Below are positions 20,394 through 29,297 of a DNA stretch of 64,000 nt, piece after piece; position 1 is the first letter of the stretch, and every line of letters begins with the position of its first letter. A program made the translations under genes and the position numbers. The stretch is from positions 5,739 through 69,738 of the forward strand of contig CAZPLU010000007.1 of assembly GCA_964587625.1 (NCBI GenBank), read 5' to 3'. Below the pieces are notes generated by a model. It ran no database searches and was not told the DNA's origin. It was given only the letters and a program-made list of their open reading frames with translations. Origin of the DNA: an uncultured Eubacteriales bacterium (GTDB lineage Bacteria > Bacillota > Clostridia > Oscillospirales > JAKOTC01).

Positions 20394-20591
20394 TTATGAG
20401 TAGGGCAGCAGCTTTTTCACCGCTTCGGCGTTGGACTTGTCGACATACCCCGCCTTGCGAAGACCCCGCTTGAGCTTGGTGGTCTTCTTGTTGAGAATGT
20501 GTCTGCGGTTGGCGTGCGAGCGCTTGACCAGACCGTTCTTGGTCAACTTGAAACGCTTGGAAGCGCCGGAATGTGTTTTGAGTTTTGGCAT
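20394..20591 (-). CDS. rpmI: 50S ribosomal protein L35
   Basis: 65 aa, [20 protein letters not shown]... Confidence 0.9.
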   Translation of the reverse strand: MPKLKTHSGASKRFKLTKNGLVKRSHANRRHILNKKTTKLKRGLRKAGYVDKSNAEAVKKLLPYS

Positions 20592-20630
20592 TTTAGACCC
20601 TCCGAATTTCGCGGCAAAAGCCGCTTTTGA

Positions 20631-21149
20631 TTATTTCGCCGTTTTGGGCGAGAGGAACATGTATATGAAACGACCCTCGAGCTTGGGCGGTTTGTCAACG
20701 GTCCCGGACTCGGCGCATGCTTCGGCAAAGCGTTTCATGACGTCGAACCCGATGTCGGTGTGCGCCATCTCTCTGCCGCGCAGGCGGATGGAGACCTTGA
20801 CACGGTCGCCGCCGTCAAGGAATTTGCATACCTGTCTGGCCTTTGTGAGAAAATCGTGCGTGTCGATTTTCAAACTCAAGCTCATGCCCTTGACTTCGAT
20901 GATGTGCTGGTTTTTCTTGATTTCCTTTTCGCGTTTGGTCTGCTCAAAGCGATATTTGCCGTAGTCCATGATTTTGCACACGGGCGGATCGGCGTTGGGT
21001 GAAATTTTGACCAGATCGAGGTCTTTTTCGTAGGCGAGTTCGCGCGCGGCGGCAGAGGACATGACGCCCAACTGTGCCCCGTCGGCTCCGATGACACGGA
21101 CCTGACGGTCGTTGATGGCTTCGTTGATTTTCAAATCTTTTGCGGCTAT
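20631..21149 (-). CDS. infC: Translation initiation factor IF-3 (non-canonical ATA start)
   Basis: The conserved IF-3 sequence starts at IAAKDLKINEAINDRQVRVIG. No in-frame ATG/GTG/TTG lies near the RBS. ATA at 21149-21147 sits 10 nt after GGAGG (GGAGGTG). The upstream part of the track ORF looks non-coding. Confidence 0.8.
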   Translation of the reverse strand: MAAKDLKINEAINDRQVRVIGADGAQLGVMSSAAARELAYEKDLDLVKISPNADPPVCKIMDYGKYRFEQTKREKEIKKNQHIIEVKGMSLSLKIDTHDFLTKARQVCKFLDGGDRVKVSIRLRGREMAHTDIGFDVMKRFAEACAESGTVDKPPKLEGRFIYMFLSPKTAK

Positions 21150-21330
21150 GGTATATGCACCTCCAAACCATTTTCCGAATAAAAAAACGGACAATACAAA
21201 ATCGTCCGCATACCTGTGTGCCACAATCGGCAAGTGGCAGCGGAATCCCGTGTGCGTTTCATCTCGGGGTGATCCCGCATGGTACCTTTCGGCGTCTGCC
21301 GAAAAGGTGAGGGCGTTTTAATGCCCTGCT
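21150..21330 (-). promoter_or_regulatory. Candidate L20-responsive leader/attenuator of the infC-rpmI-rplT operon
   Basis: Long untranslated leader on the minus strand. A weak hairpin cggac-N11-gtccg is followed by ttttttt (plus coordinates 21181-21208), just 5' of the infC RBS. No covariance model was run. Confidence 0.35.
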
Positions 21331-21611
21331 TCACGATTTGCCCGGTCAGTTTACCACATCCGGCGCATATTGTCAAGCGATTTTTGCTGTTGTTGTTAAA
21401 ATACCCGGTTTTGCGCGTTTTTGCGCGCGTTCGGCAAATGCCAAAACGAGTTCCGCAATAAATTCCGCCCGATTCGTCACAGACACTTGGAAGATCAGGC
21501 ATACGGAATACGGAAAATATGCGGAAATGTATTGACAAAAAACAAAAGGAAAAGTAATATATAATTACCAAATGTTCGGATTCCAAAATAATAAAAACCG
21601 GAGGGAAATTT

Positions 21612-22073
21612 ATGAGTACACAGACAACAGAAAGACCCGGGGATCAGCAAGCGTATCAACCGTCCGCCGCGCCTGTCGGCCAATTGAAAACCAATCGGAA
21701 ACTGCTCAAGTTCATCCTGTTAAGCATCGTCACACTCGGCATTTACTCGATTGTCTTTTATTCCGGGATTTCAAATGAAATCAATGTTGTCGCAAGCCGA
21801 TATGACGGAAAGAAAACCATGCACTATTGCCTGCTGTTGTTTTTGGTCGGATGGATCACACTCGGAATCGGATATTTTGTATGGTTCCATAAAATCTCCA
21901 ACCGCATCGGCGGCGAGCTGAAGCGCCGAAACATCGGTTACAACTTCGGCGCAAGCGATTTTTGGCTTTGGAACATACTCGGCTCATTCATCATCGTCGG
22001 CCCGTTTATCTACCTGCATAAACTGGCGACGGCGATGAACAAAACGGCGGAACACTACAATGTGAACGGCTGA
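21612..22073 (+). CDS. DUF4234 domain membrane protein
   Basis: RKLLKFILLSIVTLGIYSIVFY-type motif and multiple TM helices. RBS ggaggg precedes the ATG. Confidence 0.65.
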   Translation: MSTQTTERPGDQQAYQPSAAPVGQLKTNRKLLKFILLSIVTLGIYSIVFYSGISNEINVVASRYDGKKTMHYCLLLFLVGWITLGIGYFVWFHKISNRIGGELKRRNIGYNFGASDFWLWNILGSFIIVGPFIYLHKLATAMNKTAEHYNVNG

Positions 22074-22090
22074 TTCATATACGGCGCAAC

Positions 22091-22129
22091 AAAAAACAGG
22101 GCACGCGCTTCGGCGCGTGATTTGTTTTC
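22091..22129. terminator. Bidirectional rho-independent terminator
   Basis: cacgcgc-ttcg-gcgcgtg stem-loop flanked by an A-run (22091-22096) and atttgtttt, between convergent genes. Confidence 0.7.
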
Positions 22130-22189
22130 GACGGCGATGACGGTTCAAAGCGGGGATCGGTTTGTTCGCTCGGTATTTCGGGGCAGGCG

Positions 22190-23878
22190 TCAGGAGGTCT
22201 TTCTGAGGTAAGTGACATAGGTAAAACCGTCGGGAAGGCCTTCGACGGGGCTGCCGTCCATGCTGACGGAATGGGCGTTATCGCGCACAAAATCGCTGCC
22301 GAGGATGTCCCAGACCCGTTCCGAGATCACTCCGACGTCGATACAGGCGACAAAGACGATTTGCGCCTGATCCAATTGAGCGAGCACATTTTGACAAAAC
22401 CAGTTATTCTTGTCGTCTTTATAATCGTCGGGGAATTGGGCGAAAACCGGTCCGAGCGGCGAATGCTCGGTGAGGCCGAAAAAATGGGGCCCGTTAAATC
22501 CGAGGTACAGATATCGGTCTATGCCCTTTTCATCGAGCAGTTTGTCTGCATATTCGGCGTGAGTTTTCATTTGCGCGGTCTCCCGCGAGAGGTTTTCGTC
22601 ATAAGTGAAATCGGGCAGCAGATAAAACCCGAACAACAAAATCACACAGAGAACGGAAAGCGCCTTTCGGCATTGGGCGGGGCCATAACGGATTTCCGGG
22701 TTCGCCTTCGCAAACGCCCGGTTGTGGTTCATCAAATCAGGTTCGTTGACAGCGCCGCGCAGCAACTGGAGCACGAGCGCCATATAGGCGGGGAGCGCGA
22801 AGACGTGGTGGTGATTGTAATATTGCCCTCCGATCGCGACGGCGAAAGAGGCGGCAAACAACCCCGCAGGGAGCGCTGAAAAACGCAAAACCCATTTCAC
22901 CCAGGATTTGAAGCCCAAGGAGGGCAGTTCGCGCATATCCTGAGACCGATATAAAAGAACAATGATAAAGAGAAAAACGACGGCGCAGCACAGCAGCGGG
23001 GAGAAATCCGCAAGATCGTCTGCGAGGTGTTCGAAATCCCGAATGCGCCCGTAAGGGGAGTTGTCCGTGTGAACGCGGCTGTCCATGATGAATTTAACAT
23101 AGATGGTGAGATAGGGCTTTAACGTGCCGGTCGCCGCCATGGCCGCCGTTCCGGCCGCGCCCCCGCAGATAAGGGGCAGGATCGTTTTATAAAAAAAGCC
23201 GCGCATGCCGCGCACAAACAACAGCGACGCGCCCGCCGCGACAAACACAAAGGGCTCCTTCATCAGACCGGCACAGGCCAGCAGCAATCCGGAAATGATG
23301 ACCGTCGGCGACCATAATTTCAATTTCTTCTCATCCGTATCGAAGATCAACAATAAATACAGACAGACGAACATCGCGCCGAAGGCCTCGACTTGAATGT
23401 AGCCGCTGCGGTTCTGGGAATAGAGCGCCAGCATCATGCCGAACAGCAGCGAAGCGGAAAGCATCAACACAAATGTGCGTCTGCCGCAGTTTATCTTTTT
23501 GCGCAGTATGACTGTTGCAATTGACGGCACCAGCCCGGTGACGAGCAGGGAAAAGAAACTGGATATGTTCATGGCGTATACGCCGCCGGTCAGCTTGAGC
23601 GACAGCGCGGACATCCAAAAAATCCCCGGTGGCTTTGTCTCGAACAGGTCTCTGTACGGCGTTAGGCCGTTGAGAATGCCCCTGCCGACCGCCCAGTACA
23701 AAGGATCGTCCCAGACATAGGCCGGATTCAATTCGGAGCCGAGGCGCAGCCAAATCTGCTTGACGGCCGGTATCAAAAAAACCGTCAGGAGCGCAAGAAA
23801 AGCCGCCCAAATCAACAGGGATTTCAATCCGCGCGGCGTCCGCGCGCGTTTGAGTAACGCCTCTATTTTTAACTTCAT
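22190..23878 (-). CDS. Polytopic membrane protein, GT-C (ArnT/PMT-like) glycosyltransferase candidate
   Basis: 562 aa with at least 10 predicted TM segments. The first extracytoplasmic loop, DDPLYWAVGRGILNGLTPYRDLFETKPPG, resembles GT-C/GT39-type loops. A large C-terminal soluble domain follows. Confidence 0.5.
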   Translation of the reverse strand: MKLKIEALLKRARTPRGLKSLLIWAAFLALLTVFLIPAVKQIWLRLGSELNPAYVWDDPLYWAVGRGILNGLTPYRDLFETKPPGIFWMSALSLKLTGGVYAMNISSFFSLLVTGLVPSIATVILRKKINCGRRTFVLMLSASLLFGMMLALYSQNRSGYIQVEAFGAMFVCLYLLLIFDTDEKKLKLWSPTVIISGLLLACAGLMKEPFVFVAAGASLLFVRGMRGFFYKTILPLICGGAAGTAAMAATGTLKPYLTIYVKFIMDSRVHTDNSPYGRIRDFEHLADDLADFSPLLCCAVVFLFIIVLLYRSQDMRELPSLGFKSWVKWVLRFSALPAGLFAASFAVAIGGQYYNHHHVFALPAYMALVLQLLRGAVNEPDLMNHNRAFAKANPEIRYGPAQCRKALSVLCVILLFGFYLLPDFTYDENLSRETAQMKTHAEYADKLLDEKGIDRYLYLGFNGPHFFGLTEHSPLGPVFAQFPDDYKDDKNNWFCQNVLAQLDQAQIVFVACIDVGVISERVWDILGSDFVRDNAHSVSMDGSPVEGLPDGFTYVTYLRKTS

Positions 23879-24004
23879 CGCTGCCTCTTCTTTGTTATAA
23901 ACGGGGATTCGGAAACAGACCGCGTCCCCGATATGCCGTGAGTCACTATTTTATCCATCTTACCGCAATTTGCATGATTTGTCAAAACCAAGCGGATACA
24001 ATAA

Positions 24005-24032
24005 TTGACATGGGGGCGGATTGTGTTATCAT
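24005..24032 (+). promoter_or_regulatory. Candidate sigma-A promoter for the lipoprotein paralog pair
   Basis: TTGACA (24005-24010), 16-nt spacer, TATCAT (24027-24032). Confidence 0.4.
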
Positions 24033-24084
24033 GTGGACAAAGGAAGCGCATGAGCAAAAAATCGTGAATTGAGGGGGAAATCCG

Positions 24085-26619
24085 ATGAAAAAAAGAATGG
24101 CGGTCGTTTTGATAACGGTCTTGCTGTCGGGGTGCGCAAAAACGCCTTTGCCGTCCTCTCCCGCATCCGGTTCGCAGGCGTCGCAGGTGATTTCGTCGGC
24201 CGCGTCGTCGGCGGCAAGTCAGACCTCGTTTTATACCATAAAACCGGACGACATGAGCGCGGCGGCGTTTTTGCGGCAATATTTTCCTTTGACCGACGGT
24301 TCGACCTCGACGATTCCGCTCGACGCGGCGGTGAGAAGCGTCATTTTTAACACGGGGCTGGAATACGAAACCGAAAATGTCAAGCACACGACCACGTTCG
24401 GGTCGTTTGAGCGTCTGCTCTCGGGCGAAGTCGATCTGACCTACACCGTGCCGCTCTCCGCCGAGCAAAAACAGGCCGCAAAAGACGCAAACATCGAGCT
24501 CGAAACGGTGCCGATTGCGAAAGAGGCGTTTGTGTTTGTGCTGAACGCCAAAAACCCGGTGACTTCTTTGACACAAAAACAATTAAGGGGCATTTACAGC
24601 GGAAAAATCACCAACTGGAAGCAGGTCGGCGGTAACGATGCGCCGATTGTGGCGTATCAGCGCAACAAGACCAGCGGCAGTCAGACCTATATGACCGCGT
24701 TTATGGGCGATACGCCCTTAACCGAACCGCCCAAGACGCTTGTGGCGGAATCGATGGGCGGGCTGATGGATGCGATTGCACTTTATGACAACGCCGAGAA
24801 CGCGATCGGCTATTCGGTCTATGCCTACGCCGCCGATATGTACGGGACGGGCACTGAGTTAAAGTTCGCGGCAGTCGACGGGATTGCGCCCGACGACACG
24901 ACGATGACAAACGGAACTTATCCGCTGTTATCGGAGAACTACGCCATTTTCTGGGCTTCGGAGCCGCAGGGCAGCGCCGCGCGGGTGCTTGCCGAATGGC
25001 TTGTGACCCAAGACGGGCAGCAAGCCGTCGCGAATGGCGGGTATATCCCGTACGGCGTCGACCCCTCGACGGTCGTTTCACACAAAAACGCGTGGAACAA
25101 GGTCGGAACAGGGCCGAAAGCGTCGGGGAAGGCAACCCTGCCGACGAGTTATTACATGGCGGATTTAAGCGAAAGGTATTATATCGATGGAGAAAGGGTT
25201 GACGGACCTTACACGGTGACGATTCTTGATGAAAACGAATTAAATACGACCAAATATAGCTGGGACTATGTTGTTTGGAATATCCGGGCGGATTTTACCG
25301 GACTGGTCAGCGCCGAAAAAAACGCCGTTATCACCGAATTTTTAAACCAGTCCATATCGGAACTGACGGCACAGCGGGCAGAGATAGTGGCTTATATCAA
25401 TGAGATTGGCGGCCGAATCGGCGACCAATGGCATCAAAATGATCAAATGCAATGGTATAGCGCAATCAGCATTGAGATGCAATGCTACAACGGATGGCTT
25501 TCCGCTGCGGTTTTCGTTGAATGCGACGGTTCCGAAGAGGATTGCATTTATGATTGTAAAACTGCGATTTTTGACTTATATACCGGTAAGCGGGTACAAT
25601 TCACGGATTTGTTTGATTCGGGAACCAATATCGCCGACGGGTTGAATTCGGCGGTGAATCAATATGTAATCGGTACTGCGAATTGGGACATGGTCTACAC
25701 GCGCATCAAGCATGAAAACCCGATCGTGACCGACGAAGTAATAACCTTTACGCTGAATAAAATTTATTACCCCCGAGCCAATCATTGTTTTACCTCAGGG
25801 GTGATGCCGGAATTTGATATTTTTACCGCAAATTCGCAGGTCGGTTTACTGCGTAATATGGACGGATTGTGGAAATCAACCGTCCACGTCTATCAAGTCG
25901 CCTTAACCGAATCGACGGGTGACATGTTGCGTAAAAACGGTGTGCTGACGAATGCGGAAAAGAATTTTTATGCCGTACAGGCAGATGATTATGTTTCGCA
26001 GGCGGCTGCCGACAAGATCAACGCCGCGATGTTGGCTTATATCGATGAAGTTCATCAAAAATCATTGGCGGATTATTATAATCAGACCGGCATGACCCGA
26101 AACGAGCTTGCTTTGTATTTTGAATATTGGCCTGATGATGTCTCGAAAAGTTCATTGAATAACTTTTTAGACGAGCATGGCGTCACGGTGGAGACAATGC
26201 TTAAAAGCGGGCTATGCTATAATGAAAACACGCCTTTCGTAATCTGCGGCAAATGTGTCATGTACCCGCGTGCGGGAGCTTATTTTTCAGGCAGCACCGG
26301 TCTTGACGACAGCAGTGGTCCGTTGGCTTTCTGTTTGCCGAAGTGCTTAATTTTTGATATTCAGACAGGAGAACCGATTCAATTGCCGAAATTATACTTG
26401 AACGGATGGGAAAAAGCGGCGATCTGGTGCGACTTTACGGCGAATTATTACGCATTTCACGTAAAATCCGAAACAATCAACGCCCCCGATATCAATGATT
26501 TGGTATTGGTGGATTTGTCCTGGGGGTATTCAGCGACGTCCTTTGCCGTCTTTATGACCCAAGACGGCAAGATGACCTACCGGGCGGAAGTGCCGGGGGC
26601 GTATTTGAATTTTGACTGA
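24085..26619 (+). CDS. Lipoprotein: PstS-like periplasmic-binding (PBP_like_2) domain fused to large DUF3298/RsiV-like C-terminal region (paralog A)
   Basis: Lipobox LLSGC. PBP motifs LRGIYSGKITNWKQVGG and YQRNKTSGSQTYM. C-terminal blocks such as CKTAIFDLYTGKRVQFTDLF are typical of DUF3298-like domains. Confidence 0.65.
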   Translation: MKKRMAVVLITVLLSGCAKTPLPSSPASGSQASQVISSAASSAASQTSFYTIKPDDMSAAAFLRQYFPLTDGSTSTIPLDAAVRSVIFNTGLEYETENVKHTTTFGSFERLLSGEVDLTYTVPLSAEQKQAAKDANIELETVPIAKEAFVFVLNAKNPVTSLTQKQLRGIYSGKITNWKQVGGNDAPIVAYQRNKTSGSQTYMTAFMGDTPLTEPPKTLVAESMGGLMDAIALYDNAENAIGYSVYAYAADMYGTGTELKFAAVDGIAPDDTTMTNGTYPLLSENYAIFWASEPQGSAARVLAEWLVTQDGQQAVANGGYIPYGVDPSTVVSHKNAWNKVGTGPKASGKATLPTSYYMADLSERYYIDGERVDGPYTVTILDENELNTTKYSWDYVVWNIRADFTGLVSAEKNAVITEFLNQSISELTAQRAEIVAYINEIGGRIGDQWHQNDQMQWYSAISIEMQCYNGWLSAAVFVECDGSEEDCIYDCKTAIFDLYTGKRVQFTDLFDSGTNIADGLNSAVNQYVIGTANWDMVYTRIKHENPIVTDEVITFTLNKIYYPRANHCFTSGVMPEFDIFTANSQVGLLRNMDGLWKSTVHVYQVALTESTGDMLRKNGVLTNAEKNFYAVQADDYVSQAAADKINAAMLAYIDEVHQKSLADYYNQTGMTRNELALYFEYWPDDVSKSSLNNFLDEHGVTVETMLKSGLCYNENTPFVICGKCVMYPRAGAYFSGSTGLDDSSGPLAFCLPKCLIFDIQTGEPIQLPKLYLNGWEKAAIWCDFTANYYAFHVKSETINAPDINDLVLVDLSWGYSATSFAVFMTQDGKMTYRAEVPGAYLNFD
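24376..24951. repeat. Near-identical block shared with paralog B (copy 1)
   Basis: 576 bp with a single mismatch against 26953-27528 (offset 2577, manual alignment). Flanking sequence is clearly more diverged. Confidence 0.85.
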
Positions 26620-26646
26620 GCTTGTTACGGAACAGGAGGGATCATT

Positions 26647-29229
26647 GTGAAAAGAGGATTTGCGGTCTTAACGGTGTTTCTTTTATTATTGGCGGGGTGC
26701 GTAAAAACGCCTTTGCCGTCCTCGTCTGTTCCCGTTTCACAGGCGGTTTCGGGTGTAACTTCGGCTGTACAATCGGCTCCGTTTTCGGCGGTAAGTCAGA
26801 TTGTTTCTTATGTCATGAAACCCGGCGACATGAGCGCGGCGGCGTTTTTGCGGCAATATTTCCCTTTGACCGACGGCTCGACCTCGACGATCCCGCTGGA
26901 CGCGGCGGTGAGAAGCGCCATTTTCAATACGGGGCTGGACTACGAAACCGACAATGTCAAGCACACGACCACGTTCGGGTCGTTTGAGCGTCTGCTCTCG
27001 GGCGAAGTCGATCTGACCTACACCGTGCCGCTCTCCGCCGAGCAAAAACAGGCCGCAAAAGACGCAAACATCGAGCTCGAAACGGTGCCGATTGCGAAAG
27101 AGGCGTTTGTGTTTGTGCTGAACGCCAAAAACCCGGTGACTTCTTTGACACAAAAACAATTAAGGGGCATTTACAGCGGAAAAATCACCAACTGGAAGCA
27201 GGTCGGCGGTAACGATGCGCCGATTGTGGCGTATCAGCGCAACAAGACCAGCGGCAGTCAGACCTATATGACCGCGTTTATGGGCGATACGCCCTTAACC
27301 GAACCGCCCAAGACGCTTGTGGCGGAATCGATGGGCGGGCTGATGGATGCGATTGCACTTTATGACAACGCCGAGAACGCGATCGGCTATTCGGTCTATG
27401 CCTACGCCGCCGATATGTACGGGACGGGCACTGAGTTAAAGTTCGCGGCAGTCGACGGGATTGCGCCCGACGATACGACGATGACAAACGGAACTTATCC
27501 GCTGTTATCGGAGAACTACGCCATTTTCCGCGCCTCGGAGCCGCAGGGCAGCCCAGCGAGAGTTCTTGCTCAATGGTTGGTGACCGAAGACGGACAGCAA
27601 GCCGTTGCGAACGGCGGGTATATCCCGTACGGCGTCGACCCCTCGACGGTCGTCTCGCACAAAAACGCGTGGAACAAGGTCGGAACGGGGCCGAAAGCGA
27701 CCGGGGAAGAGACCCTGCCGACAAGCTATTACAAGGCGGATGTAAATGAGACCAGTCATAACGGTACTTGGACTGACGGCGCATACACCGTCACACTGCT
27801 TGACGAAAGAGAACTAAAAATTTCTAACCGGGATCGGTATACTTCCGAAAGCGTCGTTTGGGATATCCGTGCCGATTTTACCGGGCTGAACGATGATAAA
27901 AAGAATGCCCAAATTACTAAATTTTTGAATGACTCGATCGCACAACTGAAGACCGAGAGCTCAGAAGTCGAGGCCTATGTCAGACGGTTGAATCTTGATG
28001 CGCAAAAGAAATTGAATACTTATTATGAGGTTTACGGAATAAGCTGTCAATGGCATCGGAATGAGGACGTAATGTGGAAAAGCGCTGTGCAGATCGATAT
28101 TCAATGTTATAACGGGTATTTGTCGGCGGCGGTTTTTCTGAGTTACTACGGGTCTGAGGAAAGCGGCATCTATGATTGTAAAACTGCGATTTTTGACTTA
28201 TATACCGGCAAGCAGGTTCCATTCACCGATCTGTTTTATTCGGGAGCAAATATCGCCGATCGATTGAACTCCGCCGTGAAGCAATATGTAAACGATAATC
28301 TGAATTGGGACATGGGGTACGCACATATCCGCCATGAAAACCCCATTGTGACCGACGAGGTGAAGAATTTTACGCTGAATCAAATCTATTACCCCCGCAT
28401 CAACCATTGTTTTAACGGAGGACTGATGGTGGAATTTGATATTTTTACCGAAAATTCACAGGTCGGTATGCTGCGCAATATGGACGGAATGTGGAAATCG
28501 GCGATCAATGTCTACCGAACCGCACTGACCGAAACGGTTGGTTCCGGACAGCGCAGGAACGGGGTATTGATGGACAAGGAAAAATGGTTTTATGCGGTTG
28601 AAGCGGATGACTATGTTTCTCGGGCGGCTGCGGATAAAATCAACGCTTCCGTCCTTGCATATATCGATGACGTACATTCGAAACCACTGATAGATTATTA
28701 TAAAGAAACCGGAATGACGCGCAACGAGCTTGTTTTATATTTCAATCCGGGGATTGATGATAATCTGAAAAGCACATTGGACGATTATCTCAATGACCGG
28801 GGCGGCACGATTGAAAAAATTCTCGGAAATGGAATTACCTATAATCAAAACGCACCCACTGTAATTTGCGGGAAGTGTGTGGTCTATCCGCGGGCAGGGG
28901 CATATTTTTGGAGCGGTTTTCTCAGCGACTATCCGCTGACATTTTATCTGCCTGTCTGCTTGATTTTCGATATTGATACCGGAGAACCGATACAACTTTC
29001 AAAATTATTCTTAAACGGATGGGAAAAGGCTGCGAAATGGAGTGAAATTTCGGCGACTTATTACTCAAATTCTGAACCAACGGAGATACCCGACGTCAAT
29101 AATCTGGTGCTTGTCGATTTACTGTGGGGGAGGGGGTACGCGACGCAATCAGTCGCAACATTTATGACCCATGACGGCAAAAAGACCTACCGGGCGGAAA
29201 TCCCCGGGGAATATTTGAATTTTGATTGA
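26647..29229 (+). CDS. Lipoprotein: PstS-like PBP domain fused to DUF3298/RsiV-like C-terminal region (paralog B)
   Basis: GTG start after aggaggg. Lipobox LLAGC. Same architecture as 24085..26619. The C-terminal half is diverged but collinear. Confidence 0.65.
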   Translation: MKRGFAVLTVFLLLLAGCVKTPLPSSSVPVSQAVSGVTSAVQSAPFSAVSQIVSYVMKPGDMSAAAFLRQYFPLTDGSTSTIPLDAAVRSAIFNTGLDYETDNVKHTTTFGSFERLLSGEVDLTYTVPLSAEQKQAAKDANIELETVPIAKEAFVFVLNAKNPVTSLTQKQLRGIYSGKITNWKQVGGNDAPIVAYQRNKTSGSQTYMTAFMGDTPLTEPPKTLVAESMGGLMDAIALYDNAENAIGYSVYAYAADMYGTGTELKFAAVDGIAPDDTTMTNGTYPLLSENYAIFRASEPQGSPARVLAQWLVTEDGQQAVANGGYIPYGVDPSTVVSHKNAWNKVGTGPKATGEETLPTSYYKADVNETSHNGTWTDGAYTVTLLDERELKISNRDRYTSESVVWDIRADFTGLNDDKKNAQITKFLNDSIAQLKTESSEVEAYVRRLNLDAQKKLNTYYEVYGISCQWHRNEDVMWKSAVQIDIQCYNGYLSAAVFLSYYGSEESGIYDCKTAIFDLYTGKQVPFTDLFYSGANIADRLNSAVKQYVNDNLNWDMGYAHIRHENPIVTDEVKNFTLNQIYYPRINHCFNGGLMVEFDIFTENSQVGMLRNMDGMWKSAINVYRTALTETVGSGQRRNGVLMDKEKWFYAVEADDYVSRAAADKINASVLAYIDDVHSKPLIDYYKETGMTRNELVLYFNPGIDDNLKSTLDDYLNDRGGTIEKILGNGITYNQNAPTVICGKCVVYPRAGAYFWSGFLSDYPLTFYLPVCLIFDIDTGEPIQLSKLFLNGWEKAAKWSEISATYYSNSEPTEIPDVNNLVLVDLLWGRGYATQSVATFMTHDGKKTYRAEIPGEYLNFD
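26953..27528. repeat. Near-identical block shared with paralog A (copy 2)
   Basis: See 24376-24951. Confidence 0.85.
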
Positions 29230-29297
29230 AAATATGATAAGATAAAAAAGAACAGCAGACACGAGCGGTGAGCGAATAAATCCGAAGGATTGATTGA

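Noticed and set aside
24085-29229. Diversity-generating retroelement target, given paralogs with a variable C-terminus.
   Set aside because: There is no reverse transcriptase or template repeat in the window. Differences between paralogs are spread over all bases and include indels, not adenine-specific substitutions in a short VR.
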